Source: an uncultured delta proteobacterium
GTDB lineage: Bacteria > Desulfobacterota > Binatia > UBA9968
Assembly: GCA_963760795.1 (NCBI GenBank)
Contig: CAVXEP010000007.1
Span: forward strand, 64,001-128,000
Direction: 5' to 3'
DNA: 64,000 nt
The notes below the pieces were generated by a model. The model was not told the DNA's origin. It was given only the letters and a program-made list of their open reading frames with translations, and made no database searches. Shown one piece after another: positions 43,622 through 53,091 of this stretch (its first letter is position 1; every line of letters begins with the position of its first letter). The translations under genes were made by a program, and so were the position numbers.

Positions 43622-44813
43622 TCAGATCCTTACCACCCGCGGCCGGTGCTCGACCATCTCGCCTTGATTTACCAGCCGGCCAGAGCCGACGACGTCGAAG
43701 TGGAGCATCTCAGTTTCTTTCAAGTCACGCAGGATGCCGGGCGGGTCGTCGCCGCGCATGACCGCTTGGATCGCCGACATCCAGAGCTTGCGCACTTGAA
43801 TGACGCCCCGGTCTGAGTAGCCGAGATGCTCGGCGACGCGGTCGGCGATGCGGCCCTGGCCGATCTGCGCCGCAGCGTCCTGGCCGTTGACCGTGGTCAT
43901 GTCGAACTTCATCCGGGTGCCGCGCAGGAGCGGCGGCGGCCGAGGCGAATTGCGTTTGGGCCGAATTGTCGAGCAGCCATCTTTGAATGGAAAAAATTTT
44001 AGAATGAATGACTGCGTGCTGTAGTCGTCCACCGGCACGCGCCAGGCAACATCGGCGAAATAGCCGTTTGGGTCGCCAGGGGTTGAACCGCCGTCATGAA
44101 TGACCAGCACGGGGGGCGTGTACGAAACTTCTCGATGCCACTCCTTCCCGGCAACCGGACCCTGGCGCCGCGCCACGTAGCTGGCGAATAATTCATCGGC
44201 GAGCACTTCGAACTCCGGCGTTTCAGCGCGTTCCGGGTTTTCCCTGGCGCCGTTGACTTCGCGGCCATGCAGGATGGTGGCATGCACCGGGTCGAGGCAA
44301 TTGTCGAGCTGGTTCAAGAAATTGCACTCGCGCACATAACCATCGTAAGTTCGCTCGCCATCCTGGCGAAACAGAAAGTCGTAGCGCGGAAACGGCGGCG
44401 GTTCGCCTGGCCCCATGTAGGCGAAAATTAGGCCGCCGACTTCTCGGGTGGGATAGGCTTTGAGCAGAATCTTAGCCTTAAAATTGCTGTCCGCAGGCTC
44501 GCCGGGCTGCTCGATGCAACGCCCGTTCACGTCGAACACCCAGCCATGGTAGCAGCAGCGGATGCCGCCGGCTTCGATCCAGCCATATTCCAGCGAGGTG
44601 CCGCGGTGCGGGCAGGTCGGCTCGGTCAAACCGACACGGCCCTGCTCATCGCGGAAGATCAACAGGTCTTCGCCCAAGCGGCGGACAATTTTCGGCTCGT
44701 CGGAATTGATCTCTTGGGAAAAACTCACGGGCAGCCAGTAGCGCCGCAGGGTTTCGCCGGCCGGTGTGGCTGGGCCGACGCGGGTCATCATGTCGTTTTC
44801 TTGTTTGCTCCAT
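43622..44813 (-). CDS. Rieske non-heme iron oxygenase (phthalate 4,5-dioxygenase/LigX-like); probable indel just after the ATG
   Basis: TRVGPATPAGETLRRYW, CPHRG...CCYHGW Rieske ligands, NCLDPVHATILH iron site, QDAAAQ, EHLGYSDRG. Confidence 0.9.
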
Positions 44814-44899
44814 GGTCCGATTCGTGTTAGGTGATTGGGTGGCAAACTTCAAGATCGCCGATCCAACCCTAGCCGCAACGTTTTTGCTGCTTTTCAGCC

Positions 44900-44977
44900 G
44901 TAGGATGGGTGGAGCGTTAGCGATACCCATCATTCTGAACGGTGGGTATCGGCGCTTTGCGCCTCCACCCACCCGAC
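44900..44977. repeat. GTAG-type REP doublet
   Basis: GTAGGATGGGTGGAGCGTTAGCGATACCCATC ... GGTGGGTATCGGCGCTTTGCGCCTCCACCCACCCGAC. Confidence 0.8.
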
Positions 44978-45029
44978 AATTCACTCGAAGTGCGCTTACT
45001 TTGATATCCCGCAGCCTGACTGTGGCATA

Positions 45030-45320
45030 TCATTTGACGACGTGGGTCAGAAAGTGGCCGCCGTCGCTCTTGACCGTCTGATACTTTGACGTCGCCTCGC
45101 GCATGGCGTTATGCACCGGCGTGCCCCGATGCTGGGTATGCGCCTCGACGCTGTCCCACTCGATCATCAAGATCACCCGGCTCGGATCTTCGACGCTGGT
45201 AAAAAACTTGATGCCATGGGAACCGGCGAAGTTGGCTTTCTTGAGAATGTCGGCAAAAACTTGGACATACTCGTCGCGCTTTTCCGGTTGGACCTGCTGA
45301 ATGAGGATTTCTTGGATCAT
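45030..45320 (-). CDS. Antibiotic biosynthesis monooxygenase (ABM) domain protein
   Basis: 96 aa; SVEDPSRVILMIEWDSVEAH; AGGAG RBS. Confidence 0.85.
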   Translation of the reverse strand: MIQEILIQQVQPEKRDEYVQVFADILKKANFAGSHGIKFFTSVEDPSRVILMIEWDSVEAHTQHRGTPVHNAMREATSKYQTVKSDGGHFLTHVVK

Positions 45321-45417
45321 GTTATTCTCCTGTTCAAATAGTTCAAATCGTTCAGTACCGCCTCAATTGCTGATGCTAACGTCATGACCCATAAATAGGT
45401 TTATTGAGCTGCTCAGG

Positions 45418-45454
45418 TTTCCCCCTTTGAAAAAGGCGGACTGAGGGGGATTTT
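45418..45454. repeat. CCCCCTTT-N-AAAGGGGG family arm
   Basis: TTCCCCCTTTGAAAAAGGCGGACTGAGGGGGATTT, similar to 46681-46714. Confidence 0.75.
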
Positions 45455-45637
45455 CCCTTATCCCCTTTCCAAAGCTGATCATGCGACGCATCTTGTTGGC
45501 TGGACACGGAGCTGCGGCGCCGGTGGCTCGGCAGGGTCAGACAGTGAAAATAGATCGACGCATGGAAGATCCTGTTGCGGCGAATCCTATGAGATCGGCC
45601 AGCCTTGTGTCAACGCGCGCAGCCGCGCTGTAAAAAT

Positions 45638-46825
45638 CTAATTGTCGCCCAGAAGTTCTTTAACTCGTCCGATCAGTTGCGGCGGCTGATCGATTACTTC
45701 CCGCGCCAAGGCTTGCAGTTCTTCGCCGCTGACTTGTTCCAAGCTCCAGTTACGTTTTCTTGCTTCTTCGATCAGATCGGGGTCTTTCAACGCGCGCGCG
45801 TAGGCTTCGCGCAGAATCTTCACACGCTCGGCGGGCGTTGCCGGCGGCGCGACGGCGGGATATTGGCCGAAATGATCGGCGCCGAGCAGCACCGCCGCTA
45901 GACGCTGTTTGGCTTCGGGCGTTTGATGGCGCGTCATCAGTTCGTAGATTGTCGGCACATCGGCGAGTTTTGGGTTACGCTTGCGCCCGCTCTGTACCAG
46001 GATGCGGACGAAGCCATTTTTCTGCCAACTGATAAACGGTTCGCGGGCGAGGAAAGACGCCGAGGACACCGAACGGCATTGCACTTCGCCTCTCTCGATG
46101 GCGAGGTCTTGATCGCTGCCGCTCTTGTAACCGGTGACGATGCGAAACTTCGCGCCCAGCGCATCTTCCAAAACTTTGAGGCTGATATGTCCGCTCGACC
46201 CCGGAGCCGTGGCGGAACATTTGGGCGGCTCGCCGGCAGTGCGAATATTTTCTATCGATTTGTACGGCGCATCGGCGCGCATCATCAACAGCGCCTCAAC
46301 CAGGCCCGCCGAGCCGATCCAGCTGAACTTGCGCCAATCGAACTGGACTTCGCGCCGGCCGGTGAGCTGCTGAAAATAAAGACTCGCCGAGATTTGGCCG
46401 AGGGTAAGGCCGTCCGGTTTGGCGACGCTGTAGAGATAATTGGCCGAGATCATCGAACCGCCGCCGGCCATATTCTGCGCCACGATGTTCGGGTTCCCTG
46501 GAATATATTTCACCAGATTGCGCGCCAGGGCGCGCGCCCAAAGATCGTTGGCATCGCCGGCCGCCATGTTGACGATGAACGTCATGGTCTTGCCTCGATA
46601 GAAATCGCTTTGAGCTGATGCGGGGATGTTTGCGAAAAGCACCATTGCGGCGCAGCTGAGAAGCCAAGCGAGCAGTCCCATCCCCCTTTGGAAAAGGGGG
46701 ACTAAGGGGGATTTGTTTTTGCGTGCGTGGGAAAGTTCCGCCTGTGAAAATCCCCCTATAGAAAATCCCCCCATACCCCCCTTTTTCAAAGGGGGGAACT
46801 GCCAAGCATAGATCGAGCTGATCAT
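45638..46825 (-). CDS. TctC/Bug family SBP; start ambiguous because of a repeat at the 5' end
   Basis: FYRGKTMTFIV, QNMAGGGS, AKPDGLT, TGYKSGSDQDLAIERGE. Confidence 0.88.
   Translation of the reverse strand: MISSIYAWQFPPLKKGGMGGFSIGGFSQAELSHARKNKSPLVPLFQRGMGLLAWLLSCAAMVLFANIPASAQSDFYRGKTMTFIVNMAAGDANDLWARALARNLVKYIPGNPNIVAQNMAGGGSMISANYLYSVAKPDGLTLGQISASLYFQQLTGRREVQFDWRKFSWIGSAGLVEALLMMRADAPYKSIENIRTAGEPPKCSATAPGSSGHISLKVLEDALGAKFRIVTGYKSGSDQDLAIERGEVQCRSVSSASFLAREPFISWQKNGFVRILVQSGRKRNPKLADVPTIYELMTRHQTPEAKQRLAAVLLGADHFGQYPAVAPPATPAERVKILREAYARALKDPDLIEEARKRNWSLEQVSGEELQALAREVIDQPPQLIGRVKELLGDN
46681..46798. repeat. CCCCCTTT-N-AAAGGGGG family inverted doublet
   Basis: TCCCCCTTTGGAAAAGGGGGACTAAGGGGGATTT ... 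AAATCCCCCCATACCCCCCTTTTTCAAAGGGGGGA. Confidence 0.85.
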
Positions 46826-46852
46826 TATACGTTCGCGGTAGAGGTCGTTTCA

Positions 46853-47579
46853 GTCTAAAAGGTAACGCGGGCCAGCTGGCCAACAGCTTGCCGAATCCGC
46901 GCAGCGGGTGTTTCAATCCAAGCTTGGACAGCATGTACCAATTCATCGCCGGATTGCTCGCGACGACCGGCAGATTCAATTCGCGCTCCATCTGTTCAAG
47001 ACACTCCATCGGATCGAGCACCGCACCTTGGAAATAGATCGCGTCCACTTGGCGCTGCTCGCTGATCGCCCGGCGCGCGTAGGCGATGACATCGTCGGGG
47101 GTCATTTTGAGCGCGTCGGTGTAGTGCGGCAAAGTTTCGCCAGGGGAAATGGCAACCAGGTCGAATCGGCCGAGAAAGTCGCGAATCAGTCGATTCAACG
47201 ATGGATCGAACGGCGTGAGCAGGAGAATCCGTTTGGCGGCAAAAGTTGTCAGCGCCGCCGCCGAGGCGCGCAATGCCGTGGCGACGGGAATTTTGAGCGC
47301 CGCGGCAAAGGCGTCAGACAAATTAGGATTCAACACTTCGCGCGGCGCGCCGGGGAATATCAAGCCGTTTAGCTTCTGCTTGTCGGCGAACTGCACGGCG
47401 CGGCTGACGATCAAATCCAGTTTGCCCTGGACGTCATTCAAGACACCGTCGTGCAGCACCAGCTGCTCGTAAAGGACTTCGACGTTGGCCGGCACCAAGT
47501 TGAGAAACTTTTTAATATGCGAGCTCGACTGCGCGCTGGGTCCGAGCCAGCCGATTCTTGGGTTGTGATTGTCAGACAT
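46853..47579 (-). CDS. Asp/Glu racemase superfamily protein (maleate isomerase / arylmalonate decarboxylase / EutA-like); 3' end approximate
   Basis: RIGWLGPS, KIPVATA, RILLLTPF, LEQMERELNLPVVASNPAMNW, GFGKLL; the stop appears lost to an indel. Confidence 0.8.
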
Positions 47580-47726
47580 CGGCCACTCCATTCGACGATT
47601 CTACTGCGCCGGCGTAGATTTAACTCCGCCGCGATCAGACTGCTTTCCCTATAGAGTAGAATCCGCCGCGCGATTGCCGCCGCACCATTGTCCGTAAGTA
47701 GCCGCGCTCAATGAGAAAAATCCATC

Positions 47727-47841
47727 TCACCACGAAGGACACGAAGAGCACGAAGTTCAGAGAATTAATTCTCCAAACCTTCGTGTCCTTCGTGACCTTC
47801 GTGGTAAAAACTCTCTCCCATTTGGTTGCGGCTGTGCCGCG
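47727..47841. repeat. CACGAAG-family palindromic element with conserved tail
   Basis: TCACCACGAAGGACACGAAGAGCACGAAG ... CTTCGTGTCCTTCGTGACCTTCGTGGT-AAAAACTCTCTCCCATTTGGTTGCGGCTGTGCCGCG. Confidence 0.9.
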
Positions 47842-47870
47842 ATTAGGGATTTGGCGGTTCGTTACTTTTT

Positions 47871-48973
47871 TTACGCCTGGCCCCAGACTTTAACGGCGGT
47901 ATCGACTACCAACTTGAGCTTTTGCCACTGCTGCTCCTCCGTCAACAGATTGCCCTCCATCGTCGAGGCGAAGCCGCATTGCGGACTGAGCGCGAGATTC
48001 TCCAACGGCACGTACTTGGCGGCTTGGTCGATGCGCCGGGCCAGTTGGTCCGCCGACTCCATGGCCGCCAGCTTGCTGCTCACCAGGCCGAGAACCACGC
48101 TCTTGCCGCCCGGCATGAAGCGCAGCGGTTCGAATGTCCCGGCGCGCTCGGACTCGTACTCGAGCAGAAACGTGTCGACCTGCAACTGGCCAAACAGTTT
48201 CTCGGCGATGGCGTCGTAGCCGCCCTCGGCGTACCACTGGCTGCGGTTGTTGCCGCGGCACAGATGTATCGCCATGATCACCCCCTCGCGCTGCGCTCCC
48301 TCCAGGCAAGCGTTGTCGGCGCGAATCGCTTCGTCAAGCGCCTGCTCGGGATCGAGCCCCATTTCGTCTTTCACGTAGCTGCGCCACTTCGGATCGATGT
48401 AGTAGCTGTAGCGCGGCGCGTCGATTTGGATGTAGCGCGCCCCTTGGGTCGACAAGGCGTCAATCTCGGCCTTGATCACCGGCACGATGTCCCACAGAAA
48501 AGCGGAATGGTTGGGATAGACCTGGTCGCTGATGCCTTTCTTATAATAGATCGCGGGAAACTGATTGGCGGTGGGCAGCGTGACTTTGATGTCGCCAGGC
48601 TGCTGCTGCTTCAAGAAGGCGAACTCATGGTCGGTCAGGCGCCGGGTTTGTTTGATCTTGCCGACAACCGTGCCGGGCACCATCGAGGGACGGGACGATG
48701 CGCCGGCTGCCGTTTGCCAAGTGCGCGGCACCGCCACCCCTTCGTCGATTCCTTCCACGGCTTCGTTGAAATCGCTCATGAAGTTGCCGCGGCGCAGCTC
48801 GCCGTCGGTAAAGATCTTGAAACCGAGCTCCTTCTGCTTCTCGATCACTCGCAGGATGTGCTGTCCTCGAGCGCGCGCAGCTCTGTGCCGCCGACATTCG
48901 CGCTGCGTGCCTGCAATAGCTCCGCGGGCCGAAGCAAACTGCCAATGTGATCGGCGCGATACTGGGTTGCCAT
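47871..48973 (-). CDS. Cobalamin-independent methionine synthase II family (single-barrel MetE-like) Zn protein, frameshifted near the N-terminus
   Basis: MATQYRADHIGSLLRP, TDGELRR, YIQIDAP, Zn ligands HLCRGN, LEY and SPQCGF. Confidence 0.88.
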
Positions 48974-49064
48974 AATACCTCCTTAAGAGCCGCTTAATTG
49001 ATCCCTGTCGATGCCTTTCCGCTTTCGCGGGAAAGACACCGGTAACTAAACAAATGGTTCTCTC

Positions 49065-50078
49065 TTAACCAGTGATTGGCTCACTCTCTAATGACAAACC
49101 CGCCACAGTTGCCAACGCTCTCTGGGTATAAACCTTGGCCATGCGCTTACGATACCAATAGTCCAGATCGGCGTTGTCGAGGGGATGGGAAATCTTCGCC
49201 GCGGCATCGGCGACGGCGTCAATCAACTCCTTGGTGACTTTCTTGCCCTGAAGCAAGGTCAAGGCTTCGGTCACAACCTTTGGCGCCGAGGCGACCGCCG
49301 TCAGTACCACGCGCGCATCGCGGCATTCACCCCGATCATCGATGTCCAGGGTCGCCGCCACTCCCAGGATCGGAAAGTCGAAGGAGCCGCGCCGGCGCAG
49401 CTTCATGTAGATGTTGCGCCAGCCCAACACTTGCCGCGGGATGAGCAAACCTTTTAGCACTTCATCGTTAGCCTTGGTCGAATAGTCGATACCGTCATCG
49501 CGGTATAGCTCTTCGAGGTTGACCCGCCGCTCGCCTTTTGGACCGACTAGGACCGCTTCCGCTCCCAAGCTCACCAGCACTGGCGCGGTATCCGATGACG
49601 CGATCGCCAGGCACTTGGCGCTGCCGGGAGCGACCAAACAAATATCGCCGTCTTTCTTAATGCAGAAGCCGGCCGCCTGACGCCAGAAAAAAGTTTGGTC
49701 GTAATAGTTGCAGCGAGTGTCGACAAGAACGTTACCGCCGATGGTGCCCATGTTGCGTAGTTGCGGTGTGGAAACCGATACCGCCGCGTGGGCGAGGGCG
49801 GGAAAATGTTTTGCGATCAGGCGATGATGCGCAATCGCCGTAAGGCTTTCGCCGGCGCCGATCCATAGGCCTGCTTGGCTCTGGCGAATGCCTTTAAGCT
49901 CACGCAGCGATCGGAGCGAAATGAGATGACGCGGCGTGAATTGCCCGCGCTTCATTTTCGGATAGACGTCCGTGCCGCCGGCCACGAGCATCGCGTCCGG
50001 GCCAAATTCAGACAACATCTTCGTTGCTTGGCGCAACGTCCGTGGTTGAAGGTAATTAAATTCTGGTAGTCGAAGCAT
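49065..50078 (-). CDS. hcrB: 4-hydroxybenzoyl-CoA reductase beta subunit-like FAD/[4Fe-4S] protein
   Basis: AGGTD, RNMGTIGGN; four-Cys insert RCNYYDQTFFWRQAAGFCIKKDGDICLVAPGSAKC typical of HcrB; KLRRRGSFDFP. Confidence 0.8.
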   Translation of the reverse strand: MLRLPEFNYLQPRTLRQATKMLSEFGPDAMLVAGGTDVYPKMKRGQFTPRHLISLRSLRELKGIRQSQAGLWIGAGESLTAIAHHRLIAKHFPALAHAAVSVSTPQLRNMGTIGGNVLVDTRCNYYDQTFFWRQAAGFCIKKDGDICLVAPGSAKCLAIASSDTAPVLVSLGAEAVLVGPKGERRVNLEELYRDDGIDYSTKANDEVLKGLLIPRQVLGWRNIYMKLRRRGSFDFPILGVAATLDIDDRGECRDARVVLTAVASAPKVVTEALTLLQGKKVTKELIDAVADAAAKISHPLDNADLDYWYRKRMAKVYTQRALATVAGLSLESEPITG

Positions 50079-50096
50079 GGTATCTCGATACCTGCA

Positions 50097-50179
50097 CCCT
50101 CACCCTTCCCTCTCCCTCGATTACGAGGGCGAGGGTAAGACTTTTCCCCTCTCCCGTTGGCAGAGGGCTAGGGTGAGGG
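50097..50179. repeat. CCCTCACCC...GGGTGAGGG palindromic element inside the hcr-like cluster
   Basis: CCCTCACCCTTCCCTCTCCC...GAGGGCGAGGG...CCCCTCTCCC...GAGGGCTAGGGTGAGGG. Confidence 0.85.
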
Positions 50180-50196
50180 AATTCTGTGACATAATT

Positions 50197-52573
50197 TCAA
50201 CTCTTCTGGGTTACTTCCACACCATCGCCCGGATGCCACTTGATCGGCGCGGGAAATTTAAAGTCGGGAATCGAAGTCGCTTTCAGCCGGCCGTCGAGGG
50301 CGCGCAGGATCTTGTCCGGCGTGATCGGCACTTCATGGATGCGCACGCCGATGGCGTCATAGAGCGCATTGGCAACCGCGGGAACCACCGGCAGGAGCGG
50401 ACCCTGGCCGGCTTCCTTGGCGCCGTAGGGGCCTTCGGGATCGATGGTCTCGACCAAAATCGTTTCAATCTCCGGCGTCTCCAACGTCGTCGGACTTTTG
50501 TATTCCAGAATCGACGGAATTTTATGCAGACCGTTTTTGCGGAAGATCTGCTCTTCCATCAGCGCCTCGCCGAGAGCCATGTAAACACTGCCTTCGGTTT
50601 GACCTTCGACGAGCAGCGGATTGAAGGCGCGGCCACAGTCGTGGGCGATCCAAATTTTATCGATTTTAATCTCGCCGGTGGCGCTGTCGCAGTGCAGCTC
50701 GACGATAGAAGAAGTAAAACTATAGGCCGGCGTGGGGCCGACGCCCGAGCCTTTGAAGTCGCGCGGGTTCTTGGGCGGCCAATAGCTGCCCGTGGCGCCC
50801 AGCGCGCCGTGTTTGCTCTCCGCCTTGACTACGGCATCGGCAAAGCTTATGCCGCGCTCCCGCAGGCTTGCGCTGCGAACTTTGCCTTCGGCAAATTCGA
50901 GATCATCCGGCGGAACCTCCAACGCTTCGCTCGCCGCTTCGAGGAGCAGGGGCTTGAGCTTGGCGCAAGCCTGAATCGCTGCGTTTCCGGTCATTACGGT
51001 CACGCGGCTGGAATAGCTGCCGAGATCCACCGGCGTGAGATCGGTATCGGCGGTCAACACCCGGATGTCGCCGGGGTCGATGCCGAACTCTTCGGCCACG
51101 GCGTAAGCCAGAATGGAATCCGATCCCTGGCCGATGTCGATGGAGCCGCAAAAAACCGCGACGCCGCCGCTGCGGTCGAGCTTAATCTGCACGCCGGAGT
51201 GAGGCATGTTGTTCCAATAAATCGGCAATCCCGCGCCGCTGATGTAGGAGCTCGCCGCGAAGCCGACGCCGTGGCCGAACGGCAGCTGGCGAAATTTTTT
51301 CTTCCACTCGGCGCGCTCGGCGACGCGTTCGGTGCATTCGCGTAGCCCCGTGCTGCTGACGCGCAAACCGTTCACCGTGATGCTGTTGGGCTTGACGAGC
51401 TGTTTGAGCCGCAACTCGATCGGGTCGAGGTTGAGTTTCTCGGCGATTTCATCGAGCTGAATCTCCAGCGCGAAGCGCGGCTGCGGCGTGCCGTGGCCAC
51501 GCTTCGGTCCGCAGGCCGGCTTATTGGTAAAAACTCGCACGCCCTCGAACTTATAAGCCGGCACTTCGTAAGTCACCGTCTGCAGCGCGCCGGTATAATA
51601 GACCGAAGCCAAGCCGTAGCTGCTGTAGCCGCCGCCGTCGAGATAGGTTTTATACTGCATCGCCTGGATCGTGCCGTCGTTCTTCACGCCGGTCTTGGCG
51701 AACATCTTGACCGGGTGGCGGCCGCGATGGACGTAAAACGTTTCCTCCCGTGTGAGCGTGATCTTCACCGGCCGTCTGGTGATCATCGAGAGTTTGGCCG
51801 CGCAGATCTCGTGCGAAAAAGGATCGCTCTTGCCGCCGAAGCCGCCGCCGACCGGAGTTGCGACAACGCGTATTCTGCTCGCGGGTAATCCCAGAACTTT
51901 CGCCAAGGTGCGATGGACATAATGCGGCGTCTGCGTCGAAGACCACAACGTGAGCTTGTCATCGGGGCCGTAGAAGGCCACCGCGGCGTATTGCTCCATC
52001 GGTAGATGAGTATTGCCCTGGTAGAAAAATGTCCCCTCTAAAACAAAATCTGAGCCGGCGAAGCCGCCGTCGACGTCGCCGAATTCGAACGACACGGCCT
52101 TTTGAATGTTGGCGTGACGGTTCCAGGTATGAATCCGTTCGCTCTCTTCGGTGCAAGCCAGCGCTTCTTCGATGGAAAGAATCGGTTTCAGGACCTCGTA
52201 CTCGACGTCAATGCAAGCCGAGCGCTTTTTCGGCTATACTCTCGCTCGCCGCAGCCACTGCCGCCACCGGATCGCCGGCGTAACGGACTTTGTCAATCGC
52301 CAGCGCCTCTTCGTCTTCGGTCGAAGGCATGATGCCGAATTTTTGCGGCAGGTCCGCTCCGGTGAGCACGGCGAACACACCGTCGAGTTTGACTGCCCGC
52401 GCGATATTGACGCCAAGCACCCGCGCGTGCGGGTGGGGACTGCGCAAAAGTTTGGCATACAGGGTGCGCGGCAGATTGAGATCGTCGGCGAAGACGGTGG
52501 TGCCGGCGCATTTCGCCATGGCGTCGATCTTGCGCAGCGGCTTGCCGATTACCGACAGAGTCTGCTTTTTCAT
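50197..52573 (-). CDS. hcrA: 4-hydroxybenzoyl-CoA reductase alpha subunit-like molybdoprotein (xanthine oxidase family), indels near 52100-52210
   Basis: LRSPHPHA, KVRYAGDPVAAV, GGGFGGK, KRGHGTPQ, DIGQGS, DLGSYSSRVT, GPYGAKEAGQGP; start overlaps the hcrC stop. Confidence 0.78.
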
Positions 52574-53085
52574 TTGCTTATTTCCTGAGCCGCGAGCTCC
52601 ACCGCTTGCAAGATTTTCGTGTAGCCGGTGCAGCGGCAGAGATTTCCCGACAAGGCTTGGCGGATTTCCTGCCGCGTCGGATGCGGATTGGCGTTCAACA
52701 ACGCCTTGGCCGTGAGCAGGATTCCAGGGATGCAATAACCGCACTGGGCCGCACCCAAGTCGGCAAAGGCGGTTTGCAGCGGATGGGGTTTGCCATCTTG
52801 CATCAATCCCTCAACGCTGGTGATCTCGGCGTCGACTGCTTCAATGCCGAGCATCAGACAGGAAAGCACCGGCTGGCCGTCAACCAGCACGGCGCAAGTG
52901 CCGCACTCGCCGACTTCGCACCCATGTTTGGTGCCGGTCAGCCCCAGATCTTCGCGCAGAACTTCCAATAGAGTCTTGTTGATTTCCGTGGCGGTCTCGT
53001 GCAGCTCGCCATTGACACGCAGCCGAAGAAGGATCTTGCCGGCAGGCTGATGATCGCGGGGCTTTTTTCTCGGTGGCATGTTCAC
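52570..53085 (-). CDS. hcrC: 2x[2Fe-2S] small subunit (HcrC/CoxS-like)
   Basis: GTKHGCEVGECGTC...SC; AQCGYCIPG; GNLCRCTGY. Confidence 0.82.
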   Translation of the reverse strand: MNMPPRKKPRDHQPAGKILLRLRVNGELHETATEINKTLLEVLREDLGLTGTKHGCEVGECGTCAVLVDGQPVLSCLMLGIEAVDAEITSVEGLMQDGKPHPLQTAFADLGAAQCGYCIPGILLTAKALLNANPHPTRQEIRQALSGNLCRCTGYTKILQAVELAAQEISK

Positions 53086-53091
53086 GGCGAT

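Noticed and set aside
46296-47591. 431-aa ORF suggesting a long C-terminal extension of the racemase-fold protein
   Set aside because: The family normally ends just after GFGKLL; the extension is an off-frame read of the repeat and the TctC gene.
12890-47841. Recurring CACGAAG repeats as a CRISPR array
   Set aside because: Copies are dispersed inverted pairs without regular spacers, and no cas genes are present.
50077-51345. Long antisense ORFs (also 330-1178, 27621-28550, 29610-30476, 47922-48950, 52999-53778)
   Set aside because: Shadow frames of GC-rich genes, with no motifs and fully overlapping well-supported opposite-strand CDSs.
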